26,898 nucleotides of DNA from a virus (lineage: Duplodnaviria; Caudoviricetes): the IMG/VR virus record IMGVR_UViG_3300016469_000176, positions 1 to 26,898 of that record; one strand, 5' to 3'. The notes below the pieces were generated by a model. That model was not told the origin of the DNA, did no database searches, and saw nothing but the letters and a program-made list of their open reading frames with translations. Positions 1-7,628 of this stretch are shown piece after piece (position 1 is the first letter of the stretch; every line of letters starts with the position of its first letter). The position numbers and the translations under genes were made by a program.

Positions 1-185
1 ACCCCGGTCGGCCAGCGATACGGCATTTCACCATAGATGATCGCCCATAGCGCGCAGACCCCGCAAACCGACAAGCCCCCAAGAAGGGCGTGAGTACCCT
101 GATTGGTCAACGCTCCGTATGGATCGCGCGCAAAGGTTTCGGGCCGGTTCAAGTCGCCCCAAAATGCTCGCCACATGTCAACCAT
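1..185 (-). CDS. Hypothetical protein with hydrophobic segment, truncated by the window edge
   Basis: GAGG RBS then ATG at 185; open frame MVDMWRAFWGDLNRPETFARDPYGALTNQGTHALLGGLSVCGVCALWAIIYGEMPYRWPTG runs off the window. Not in the ORF track. Confidence 0.65.
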   Translation of the reverse strand, partial: MVDMWRAFWGDLNRPETFARDPYGALTNQGTHALLGGLSVCGVCALWAIIYGEMPYRWPTG

Positions 186-205
186 TTTAAAACCTCGTGG
201 CCAGA

Positions 206-589
206 TTAAGCAAGAGAAACGTCAATATCCCCAATCGGGAAGTTGATAGTATCCCCATCGTTAATTACCGCAGAAGCAATATCATCCCAAGCCAGAAGGT
301 TTCCAGCAGTAGAGGCGTCAAAGATGCCTACGGCGACAACAGTGCCAAAGTTACCGCCGCTTGCAGTGAAAGACACAGCAGCAGTGTTTGAGATAAGACC
401 GCCGGAAGGGGCACCAAAAGTAATCTGTTGACGGGAGTAACCAGCGCCAGACACTTGAGTTCCACCACCAGCATCATTAGGAACGGCAGTATAGAGAGCC
501 AACCACACGGAGGCGGGAGACGCTAGTGAAGTATTACGAAAGACATGGTTTAAAACCGCGTTTTCAAGATAATCAGAAAAACTAGACAT
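206..589 (-). CDS. Virion structural protein (family often annotated as phage tail fibre / gp80-like)
   Basis: SDYLENAVLNHVFR..WLALYTAVP.DAGGG.QVSG.GYSRQ.ITF..GIFDASTAGNLL pattern; directly downstream of and overlapping the portal stop. Confidence 0.7.
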   Translation of the reverse strand: MSSFSDYLENAVLNHVFRNTSLASPASVWLALYTAVPNDAGGGTQVSGAGYSRQQITFGAPSGGLISNTAAVSFTASGGNFGTVVAVGIFDASTAGNLLAWDDIASAVINDGDTINFPIGDIDVSLA

Positions 590-2018
590 TTGGTTTTACC
601 TTTGGTTCTGGTTGTTGCATTTTAGACTGAGCAACTTGAGATTGTAATTGAAACCCTCGCTCTTGAGTTTCTCTCTCTTCTTTTTTTTGCTTTTCCTTGT
701 TCTCAAGATAAGCTTCGCCATTAAAGTCAAGCTCTGCAATCTCCATAAGATCTTTTACAACTTCAATGTTATCAGCCACGTTGATATTGGCACCATTGAG
801 GTTACGAAGGAACGAGGAAATTTCTTTAAGATCGTGTGGGGCAACATCTCCCGCCTCAAGGCGAGGCATAGTCTCAAACGGCAAACCATTAAGTTGCCAA
901 AGACGCTCAACCAATTGCTTGTTTAGAACATCAACAATAGTGTTGATATAGCTTTCGAGAGAGCGAAGGAACAAGTCTGTCTTTGATTTGGAGAGGGCAT
1001 AAGAACCGCCACCACCACCGCCAAGCATCATAAACTCAGCCATAACCGAACGAGCGATATCGTGCTGGTAACGCTTGATTACAGGGTCAATATCAATGCT
1101 ACGAGAACCATTGGCAGTGATAAGTTCAATATCCATCAGACGTTGAGTTGTGGGTTTGCCATCAGCATCAACGTAAAGATCGGAGGGAAGAAGGACGAAA
1201 CCTTGATCATTTTTCTTTACGTCACGGAGAATAGCTTCAAACTTGGAACGCAAACCAGCTTGTTCATCTGTTGCATCAGACGACAGGTAATCAGCAGGCA
1301 TACGGCCAACTGGAATACCGTGAAGTTCACGCTCAATAGCGACAGCCTCGTAATCCTGGATTTTATTCAGATAGGTATAAGAGACAAAGGCATTGCGTAG
1401 AACAGAACGACCGGAAGGATCATTGTTAAGAGAGGTAGTCCTGTAGTAAAGAGACTTGTAGATTGGGATCATAACAGACCCTTTTCTCCAATTGTCCTCT
1501 TGCCACATACCAAGAATGTCGCCACTCTTAAGATCAACCTCGAAACGATCTACTGTCCAGGGGGCACGGATAGCCAACTTCTTGACACCCATGCGGCCAT
1601 CGTTGTATTTGGAGTTCTTTTTACCGTTGTCCGATGGACCACCACGAACTTTCCAAACCACTTCAAACCAAGCAAAACCATAGGTTAGAAACGACAGAGC
1701 TTCTGAAATGTGATCATCAAGAGAGTGATCCATGTCATTGATGACTTGCTCTAGAAACTCTGCCTCTTTCTTTGCTGTTTCAGATTCGTCAGCGGGCTTT
1801 ACCTTGATCTTAACGTCACGAAGAGTTTGCTCAACTGCGTACATGACTGCGCCGATAACAGCATTGTTGTCACGCATTTCCGTATATTTACGGATAGCCT
1901 TTTTGCCCTTAAGTTCTCTAAGAAATTCATCTGCACGAATTTCCCCGGTGTAGGTGTTACGACCCGAAACACCGAGTTCTATTTTTGCCTTCGGTTTGCT
2001 CAAGTCCATACCTTGCAC
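582..2018 (-). CDS. Portal protein (DUF935-like)
   Basis: 478 aa directly after TerL; LTYGFAWFEVVWK, NNDPSGRSVLR, ERELHGIPVG and GSYALS motifs. The real start may be the ATG at 2009 (MDLSK). Confidence 0.88.
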   Translation of the reverse strand: MQGMDLSKPKAKIELGVSGRNTYTGEIRADEFLRELKGKKAIRKYTEMRDNNAVIGAVMYAVEQTLRDVKIKVKPADESETAKKEAEFLEQVINDMDHSLDDHISEALSFLTYGFAWFEVVWKVRGGPSDNGKKNSKYNDGRMGVKKLAIRAPWTVDRFEVDLKSGDILGMWQEDNWRKGSVMIPIYKSLYYRTTSLNNDPSGRSVLRNAFVSYTYLNKIQDYEAVAIERELHGIPVGRMPADYLSSDATDEQAGLRSKFEAILRDVKKNDQGFVLLPSDLYVDADGKPTTQRLMDIELITANGSRSIDIDPVIKRYQHDIARSVMAEFMMLGGGGGGSYALSKSKTDLFLRSLESYINTIVDVLNKQLVERLWQLNGLPFETMPRLEAGDVAPHDLKEISSFLRNLNGANINVADNIEVVKDLMEIAELDFNGEAYLENKEKQKKEERETQERGFQLQSQVAQSKMQQPEPKVKPNV

Positions 2019-2024
2019 CTGTTG

Positions 2025-3413
2025 TTATCTAAGGGATAGGCCCTTGTTGTCAGAATATGCCAAGTTAAGCTCTGGCCTAGCGATACCTTTTAAGGCGAGT
2101 TCAGTGATAGCCCAAACCATAGCGTCAAGCCTGTCAGGAGAGCCAATAGAACCTAAAGGTTCCCACTGGACCATCTGATCTTCTAAAGCGTCTAGCCCCT
2201 TAACGTGTTTAACCCGGCCCCTCTCATATAGAGAAGAGACAGGTTCAGCGCGGGCAAACTTACCCCTAGAGGCATGAACAAGTTTTACGGGGAGGGTTTC
2301 GTCTACCGTCTTGAAAGTGTGTCGAACCATTTCACCCCCCTGATTTCTTTCCGCAACGAGACGGTCAGCTTCGTAGAGGTTGTATAGTTCAATAGCCTTT
2401 GTGGCCCACTGTTCCGGGGTAAACCTGTCTGTTGCATCTTGCAGGACATAGCAGACGCCATTAACGTCCACCCCTGCGACAACAATACCAGTCATGTCAG
2501 ATTCTTCGTTTGTAGTGATCTGAGGGTCAACAGAGACAACTACACGAGCGAGGGTTTTAGCAAACTCTACAGTATCACCAACATCAACTTCACAACGAGA
2601 CAGAAGGTCTCTTGTCCACAGAGCGCCGGAAGCTTCATCCAAAACTTCGGCATAAAGTTCTTGACGACCTAAGCGGGAACCTTCATAGGTAGACTTGATA
2701 GACTCAATGAAAGTGCCAGCAAGGTTTGCTGTGTTATCAAATGTCGAACCAGTAGTGACGACAGTCTTAGGGTGTTTCATAACGTCCCTAAGAAGTTTAG
2801 TAGATTTGGGGGTTGTTGTGATACAAATCTGCGGGTGTTTACCTAAACGTAAACAAAATTGCAGCATGTCCCAAGTATCACGGTCTCTGTTCCAGGCGCA
2901 CATTTCATCGCACCAAGCGAAATCGCCTTGAGGCCCTCGCAAGCGTTCGGGTTCCTCAGCAGAGAAGAAGGTGATTGTTGCACCATTGTCCCAATTAAGG
3001 GTTCTTTTAGTTGGGGACCACTCAGGTGCACCGATAGGTCTACCGTGAACGTCTAAGTCACCTTTCCAGCAAGAGGCTAAGAAGCCGCTCTCACCTTTAA
3101 TCATGACACGTTCAATATCAGAGTTTGTGGCTGCTACAGCCATACCACGACGAAAGCCGCGTTTAATCTTTTCCCGCGACCACTCAACACCAGCGCGGGT
3201 TTTACCAAAACCACGACCAGCAAGGATCAGCCAGTTGTTCCAAGGACTATCCGTTTTAGGTGCTAACTGCTCTGGCCTAGCCCAAAAACGCCAAGTATAC
3301 AAGAGTTCTTCTGCTTTCTTAGGTTCAAGTTCAAGAAGCAGCTTTTTAACATCTTGTCCCATAGCGCGGAGGTCATCCGCATGAAGGGCTAAACCATTTT
3401 TACCTAAAAGCAT
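2025..3413 (-). CDS. terL: Terminase large subunit
   Basis: Walker A LILAGRGFGKT, RLRGPQ, Walker B AWCDE, motif III ITTTP, RNase H-like nuclease VSVDP...SDMTG...SPDRLDA. Confidence 0.97.
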   Translation of the reverse strand: MLLGKNGLALHADDLRAMGQDVKKLLLELEPKKAEELLYTWRFWARPEQLAPKTDSPWNNWLILAGRGFGKTRAGVEWSREKIKRGFRRGMAVAATNSDIERVMIKGESGFLASCWKGDLDVHGRPIGAPEWSPTKRTLNWDNGATITFFSAEEPERLRGPQGDFAWCDEMCAWNRDRDTWDMLQFCLRLGKHPQICITTTPKSTKLLRDVMKHPKTVVTTGSTFDNTANLAGTFIESIKSTYEGSRLGRQELYAEVLDEASGALWTRDLLSRCEVDVGDTVEFAKTLARVVVSVDPQITTNEESDMTGIVVAGVDVNGVCYVLQDATDRFTPEQWATKAIELYNLYEADRLVAERNQGGEMVRHTFKTVDETLPVKLVHASRGKFARAEPVSSLYERGRVKHVKGLDALEDQMVQWEPLGSIGSPDRLDAMVWAITELALKGIARPELNLAYSDNKGLSLR

Positions 3414-3793
3414 CAGTCATCACTTTTGATGTTCAACTTGGCAAGAAGATCATCAATAGCGCTGGTGTATTCATCAGCACTGTTAGGATCAGATTCTTCA
3501 ACCAGAATCTTTTCATTCCAACCAAGTTTAGTTTTAGCTACGAGTTCCAAAGCTTTCATGTCTCTATCAACGAGAGCCTTATCCATGATAGCAGAGCCAA
3601 TGCTTTGGTGCAGAGAGGCTCTAGCAGCAACAAGGTCTTTACGGTAAAGCTTATAGAACGTGGTTAGAGATTGTGGACCGTTCTTCATATCTTTAACAGT
3701 ATCAAAGATAACAGTAACGGAAACACCGGACAGGACCATTCTTTGAACGGTCTCTGCGATCTTCATATCATATGGGAGGGCTTGAGCGTTCAT
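3413..3793 (-). CDS. terS: Probable terminase small subunit
   Basis: Immediately upstream of terL with 1-bp stop/start overlap; helical protein with TFYKLYRKDL and AKTKLGW. Start moved to ATG 3793 (MNAQAL) because the longer ORF-track start lies inside a degenerate tRNA. Confidence 0.75.
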   Translation of the reverse strand: MNAQALPYDMKIAETVQRMVLSGVSVTVIFDTVKDMKNGPQSLTTFYKLYRKDLVAARASLHQSIGSAIMDKALVDRDMKALELVAKTKLGWNEKILVEESDPNSADEYTSAIDDLLAKLNIKSDD

Positions 3794-3810
3794 ACTGGAC
3801 CTGTGGAAAT

Positions 3811-3885
3811 TAGAGCGGCCAATCGGACTAGAACCCATGCACTACCGCTTGGGAGGCGGAGGGCGCAATCCGTGCGCGTGGCAGC
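3811..3885 (-). pseudogene. Degenerate tRNA-Gly (anticodon CCC)
   Basis: Cloverleaf: acceptor GCTGCCA/TGGCCGC (1 mismatch), D stem CGCA/TGCG, anticodon arm CCGC-CTCCCAA-GCGG, T arm ATGGG-TTCTAGT-CCGAT, U73, and CTA in place of CCA. Confidence 0.7.
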
Positions 3886-3981
3886 AAAAAAGGATTGTGA
3901 GATAGCCGTTTCCGCTTATAGAAAGCCAACAAAACATAGCGGCGATACACTCAACCTAGCACGGCAAACACTAGGGAGGAT

Positions 3982-4052
3982 TGGTGGTTACTCCTGGGCA
4001 GGCTTATTCCTGATTAACAGTCAGGCACTCTCACCCGGAGGGCTAAGTAGTA
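3982..4052 (-). pseudogene. Degenerate tRNA-Asn (anticodon GTT) lacking the T-loop
   Basis: Perfect anticodon arm CCTGA-CTGTTAA-TCAGG; T arm collapsed to CCTG-C-CCAGG; partly paired acceptor stem ending ACCA. Confidence 0.65.
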
Positions 4053-4120
4053 AGAAAGGTTATGGGGAGCGGGTAATTAACCTACAGCAACATGCCCCAT
4101 ATCAGAGGTTGCCTTACAAG

Positions 4121-4197
4121 TGGTTGCGAGGGTGGGATTTGAACCCACGACCTGGCGGTTATGAGCCGCTTGAGCTACCGGACTGCTCTACCTCGCA
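4121..4197 (-). tRNA. tRNA-Met (CAT), initiator-like
   Basis: TGCGAGG/CCTCGCA acceptor, GAGC/GCTC D stem (A11:U24), CTCATAA loop, GTGGG-TTCAAAT-CCCAC, encoded ACCA. Confidence 0.93.
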
Positions 4198-4200
4198 AAA

Positions 4201-4277
4201 TGGTTCAGGTGGCAGGATTTGAACCTGCGATCTTTCCGCCCCAAACGGAACGACTTACCAGACTAGCCTACACCTAA
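4201..4277 (-). tRNA. tRNA-Pro (TGG)
   Basis: TTAGGTG/CACCTGA acceptor, TTCCG-TTTGGGG-CGGAA anticodon arm, GCAGG-TTCAAAT-CCTGC, ACCA end. Confidence 0.92.
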
Positions 4278-4285
4278 ACGATAAA

Positions 4286-4360
4286 TGGTGCCCCTATCAA
4301 GAATCGAACTTGCTTCCCCACTTTACAAGAGTGGACCTCATCCCTAAAGGTTTTAGGGGC
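4286..4360 (-). tRNA. tRNA-Thr (TGT)
   Basis: GCCCCTA/TAGGGGC acceptor, CCACT-CTTGTAA-AGTGG anticodon arm, TTCGATT T-loop, ACCA end; atypical A8 and one T-stem mismatch. Confidence 0.88.
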
Positions 4361-4388
4361 GATTGCTCTACCGTTGAGCTACAAGGAC
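4361..4388 (-). pseudogene. 5' fragment of a tRNA fused directly to tRNA-Thr
   Basis: GTCCTTG-TA-GCTC-AACGGTA-GAGC-A-ATC(GC) is a canonical acceptor 5' strand plus D arm with no 3' half. Confidence 0.7.
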
Positions 4389-4583
4389 TAAATAAAGAAC
4401 GCCGATAGTGATGGTTGCATTCGAGCGGGATGGGCAGAAATTCCCTTCTGCTTGCAATATTCCCTGTATTTTGCGTCCCACATGGTGCCTGAGAATTTCA
4501 GTAGAGACCCCGGTCCATCCTCGCTGCTGAGGCTCAAGACATTGGGGGAAATCGCCCCTCCGTGATCCTTGAGGAACCCTGAT

Positions 4584-4787
4584 TCAGATATCACATGGCC
4601 AGAAGGGCGAGCCCGCCTCAAAGCTTCGCGGCTCCACGCAGGGGGTGAACTGGATACGGGCTTCATAGTCGTCCTGCGCGGCGGCTTCGGCGGGTGCCTC
4701 TGCCCCGGCCACAAGCGCACCATGCCCGATTTCGCCAGAACAAGTGATCTGAACTTCGTCACCCAAGGCAAAAGGTTCGGGTTCCAT
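4584..4787 (-). CDS. Hypothetical protein
   Basis: AGAAAGGA RBS before ATG; 67 aa; follows the 4808-5080 gene. Confidence 0.55.
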   Translation of the reverse strand: MEPEPFALGDEVQITCSGEIGHGALVAGAEAPAEAAAQDDYEARIQFTPCVEPRSFEAGSPFWPCDI

Positions 4788-4807
4788 TGGATTCCTTTCT
4801 ATTCAGT

Positions 4808-5080
4808 TTACTCAGTAACAGTGATAACCGATGCAGGGTCAGTCACACCAGTCTTAAGGGCATAACGTTCCACGTCAGGGGTGGACGGGTCTTTGTCATC
4901 ATCAACCGTAATGGTTCCGCCAATAAGCATGTTTTGACCATCGATGGGCTCAGCGAATTGGCAATTCGGGTCAACCTTCTGAAAAGCGTTGGTTCCCGGA
5001 ATCGGCTTGGTTTCACAAGCAAATGCAGGAGCGGCAAACAGTGCGATAGTGGCAGCAGTAGCAAAAAGGAAGTTTTTCAT
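4808..5080 (-). CDS. Small secreted/periplasmic protein
   Basis: Sec-type signal peptide MKNFLFATAATIALFAAPAFA with AFA cleavage site; two Cys; AAAGAAAG upstream. Confidence 0.8.
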   Translation of the reverse strand: MKNFLFATAATIALFAAPAFACETKPIPGTNAFQKVDPNCQFAEPIDGQNMLIGGTITVDDDKDPSTPDVERYALKTGVTDPASVITVTE

Positions 5081-5174
5081 GTTTAGCTTTCTTTACTAGG
5101 TTAAGTTGGTTTAGAGGGTTTTGGCAGTACCTACCCTAAAGGCTTTTTACTTATCTAATCTATCTGATCTGCCG

Positions 5175-5257
5175 GTATTGGACAAGGGCATCGGCTACCA
5201 GAGAGCCTGAATCAATCAAAGTGTTGCGGTCTTCTGTAGGTTGCCCTTGTCCGATAC
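5175..5257 (-). ncRNA. Candidate rod-shaped leader/small RNA
   Basis: 18-bp inverted repeat with 2 mismatches (5175-5192 vs 5240-5257) plus inner complementarity, starting at the predicted TSS of the 5258-5285 promoter. Confidence 0.4.
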
Positions 5258-5285
5258 AATATAGTACTGGAATCGAGTTTGTCAA
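5258..5285 (-). promoter_or_regulatory. Sigma70-type promoter facing the tRNA/terminase region
   Basis: TTGACA-16 bp-TATATT with GATTC in the spacer. Confidence 0.7.
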
Positions 5286-5344
5286 GAGGTGGGTGAAAAT
5301 ATTTTTTTGATATCACCTCGCGTGATAGCGCCATGGCAAATTCA

Positions 5345-5455
5345 TCAGGTGGTTCGGCGAGCACACCACGCCCACCGCCCGTCTTCCAGCGGGACAGGAT
5401 ACCACGCAAACCAGACATGTGCGCGCTGTTCAGAATGCTTGCGGCCCCAGATCAT
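5345..5455 (-). CDS. Small Trp-rich phage protein, possibly truncated
   Basis: GGGG RBS; MIWGRKHSEQRAHVWFAWYPVPLEDGRWAWCARRTT (36 aa); the WFAWYPV..DGRW.W pattern is recalled from small phage proteins. Not in the ORF track. Confidence 0.55.
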   Translation of the reverse strand: MIWGRKHSEQRAHVWFAWYPVPLEDGRWAWCARRTT

Positions 5456-5521
5456 TTCCCCGTCCCTTTCTCGATCCTCAATTCGACGACATCTTTACAA
5501 AAAGTTGCGATAACCTTCATA

Positions 5522-5815
5522 TTACCCCAACAACATTTGACAGACAGTAATGACGGTAGTGGCCCAATCAAGAGCTTGAGCAGGAGATTCAGTCAACAAC
5601 TCCCAACCAGCAGCAGGTAGTACTGCAAAGGTATCAGGAGTATCACCATTAGCTTGTGTGATGGTTACAATGTGTCCATCTACATCATAATTCCAAGTAA
5701 AGAAGTTGCTGGGGCTAGGAACTACAGTATTCTCAATTTTAAAATCTAAACATGAACCATTCTCTTCTACAGAGATAGTTGTAGGTAAGGGCCATCCCCA
5801 CTGATCAATCACCAT
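5522..5815 (-). CDS. Hypothetical protein
   Basis: 97-aa ORF, AGAAAG upstream of ATG, co-oriented with neighbours. Confidence 0.65.
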   Translation of the reverse strand: MVIDQWGWPLPTTISVEENGSCLDFKIENTVVPSPSNFFTWNYDVDGHIVTITQANGDTPDTFAVLPAAGWELLTESPAQALDWATTVITVCQMLLG

Positions 5816-5913
5816 GTTGTCAGCTTTCTATAACGTATAGAGACTCTAGTAACAGAAGCTTACGCTTCTTCCGCGACAGAAGATTAAGGCTCTTAAGGAG
5901 CCTTGCACAGATT

Positions 5914-6075
5914 CTAAAATGGACATTCTTCTTCTGGACTTGTAGGCTTCCAAGGTTTTATAGTGTTTTTCACAGTATTTGATGAAATCTTATCAGTTTT
6001 AGGCTTAACTACTCCAATTGCTGATAGCATAGCCTCAAAATATACAAAATCAGTAAGATTCTGATCAGATTCCAT
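5914..6075 (-). CDS. Small protein with acidic ...EEECPF C-terminus
   Basis: AAGGAG RBS; 53 aa MESDQNLTDFVYFEAMLSAIGVVKPKTDKISSNTVKNTIKPWKPTSPEEECPF; followed by hairpin AAGGCTC/GAGCCTT. Below the ORF-track cutoff. Confidence 0.65.
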   Translation of the reverse strand: MESDQNLTDFVYFEAMLSAIGVVKPKTDKISSNTVKNTIKPWKPTSPEEECPF

Positions 6076-6086
6076 AAAATACTCCT

Positions 6087-6120
6087 TAATACTATAGTTT
6101 TAGATACTATATGTATTATT
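6087..6120 (+). repeat. AT-rich element, copy 1 (copy 2 at 14908-14941)
   Basis: TAATACTATAG-N6-ATACTATATGTATTATT identical in both copies apart from the N6 spacer. Confidence 0.85.
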
Positions 6121-6138
6121 TATTTATAATATTTATTA

Positions 6139-6546
6139 TTAATAGCTTATGGCTAAGTTTTCGATTCTGGTATTTGTAGTATCGCCATCTATATGATAGA
6201 CCCTAGCAGTAGGCCAACTTCCGTAGTGATAAAGCCACACTAGATTTTTGATTCTATATTCCTTACCTGACAGTATCAGTGCGGGTGTATTATCTATCAT
6301 TCTAGTGCAAGCAACTTTACCAGCGAATCTTTTAGAGAAGGTTTGCATAGCCATAGGACTTGCGAATGTCTCTTTGGTTCGATACTTCCAATGCAACTGC
6401 CCTGTTCTGTCGTTATAAACAACAATCTTCTTTAGTTCTTCTTGAGTAGGTCGTTCCCCAGAAACTAGAGGTATGTTTCTATATGGGGTGTTCGGGGAGT
6501 TTCTAAAGAAATTCCATACTATCGCTTTTCTCATCTGTCGTTCCAA
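6139..6546 (-). CDS. HNH endonuclease (HNH_3-like, putative homing endonuclease)
   Basis: YNDRTGQLHWK...AGKVAC...LVWLYHYGSWP...YHIDGDTTNTRIENL; probable start ATG 6534. Confidence 0.82.
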   Translation of the reverse strand: MERQMRKAIVWNFFRNSPNTPYRNIPLVSGERPTQEELKKIVVYNDRTGQLHWKYRTKETFASPMAMQTFSKRFAGKVACTRMIDNTPALILSGKEYRIKNLVWLYHYGSWPTARVYHIDGDTTNTRIENLAISY

Positions 6547-6569
6547 AGCCTTTATTGGCTGTTCCGGTC

Positions 6570-6597
6570 AACATAAGCACTGTTTTTCATTTTTCAA
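6570..6597 (-). promoter_or_regulatory. Putative sigma70-type promoter
   Basis: TTGAAA-16 bp-TATGTT upstream of the HNH gene. Confidence 0.5.
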
Positions 6598-6699
6598 GGG
6601 GTACGGGGGAAAAATCTTGATCACGAATTGTTACAAGTCTGTCACAAAGCGTGTTGATTACACCTTCAGATTTTTCTTTTGGATTCTCTATCGCTAACC

Positions 6700-7090
6700 A
6701 CCCCAACCAAAATCGTCCCCTCACAATCTGGAGGGTCCCACTCACACTATCTAGATCGTGTCAATATGCAATCGCATTGATACAATCGGATTATATTATA
6801 CTGTTGCATATATAACACAATACCATCATCTGGACTCATAGTTGCACATATGCCATAGGTCCAGGTCCAATTGTATCGGTTACAATATTCACATTGACAA
6901 TCAATAAGTTAGACAGAGGCGAGTGATTCGGTTAGCCCATCTGGACTTATCTTTACGCTGTCAAAACATAGAATCTGGACTTATATATTAGTATGAGATC
7001 GCTACGCAACACTTTTGAATCATATTGCCTTTCCCCTTGCCCGCTACAGCCCGCCAGAGGACCGCAAAGCGGCCTAGTCTATGGTGCCCG
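6700..7090. repeat. Non-coding block with short repeats and an IHF consensus site
   Basis: ATCTGGA(C/G) at 6726, 6828, 6939, 6973; GTTGCAYATAT at 6803, 6841; AATCAATAAGTTA (WATCAANNNNTTR) at 6899-6911. Confidence 0.65.
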
Positions 7091-7453
7091 CTATCCCCCT
7101 ACACTGTAAGGCTCATGTCGCTCTGTGCTAGCCCTCAAACCCCTGGCTGTGACAAGAAAGCTTCCTACAAAATCGGCCCGACGGGCTTCGTAGAATCCGT
7201 GCTCTCCTGTTCTGTAGTAATCGCTTTCCTGCGTCTGTGGATAGAATATCTTCCCCCTGACCTTGTAGAGGTGGACAACCTTGCCTTGAAGTGCTAGCAA
7301 GGAATCCTCAAAGTGATCTCCCGTGATACCCATCAGACACTGACAGATTGAGTTAGCAACACATATTCGACGGGATTTCCTTGGTGTGGCCTTTGAATGC
7401 TTCGGATCAAGGATACAAGACTCGCCTAAGTAGCTGAAGGACAAGTGCAGCAT
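7091..7453 (-). CDS. Hypothetical protein, possible ADP-ribosyltransferase-like fold
   Basis: GGAG RBS before ATG 7453; LHLS...RICVANSICQCL...HLYKV...TGEH pattern. Confidence 0.6.
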   Translation of the reverse strand: MLHLSFSYLGESCILDPKHSKATPRKSRRICVANSICQCLMGITGDHFEDSLLALQGKVVHLYKVRGKIFYPQTQESDYYRTGEHGFYEARRADFVGSFLVTARGLRASTERHEPYSVGG

Positions 7454-7475
7454 AGTGGGAAGACTCCATACAGTG

Positions 7476-7628
7476 TCAACGAACAAGCCATCGCATGATC
7501 GAGGCAAACACATACGCTACAACAAATGCCAGACCAATGATCGCACCACCTACCAAAGCACCATCAATGCTTGTTGCCATATTTTCCACAATACAAGCCA
7601 CGTTGTCCCAAGCGCAAACAGTTTTCAT
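7476..7628 (-). CDS. Small single-pass membrane protein
   Basis: ATGA overlap with the upstream gene, GAGGAG RBS; 50 aa containing ALVGGAIIGLAFVVAYVFASIM. Not in the ORF track. Confidence 0.7.
   Translation of the reverse strand: MKTVCAWDNVACIVENMATSIDGALVGGAIIGLAFVVAYVFASIMRWLVR

Noticed and set aside
3671-4222. 183-aa + strand ORF
   Set aside because: Antisense to terS and the tRNA genes, with no recognisable protein features.
4388-4771. 127-aa - strand ORF
   Set aside because: Overlaps the RBS-supported 4584-4787 gene in another frame; only its 3' part might be coding and no start could be supported.
5212-5418. 68-aa - strand ORF
   Set aside because: Runs through a clear promoter and hairpin; the 5345-5455 frame has the better RBS and motif.
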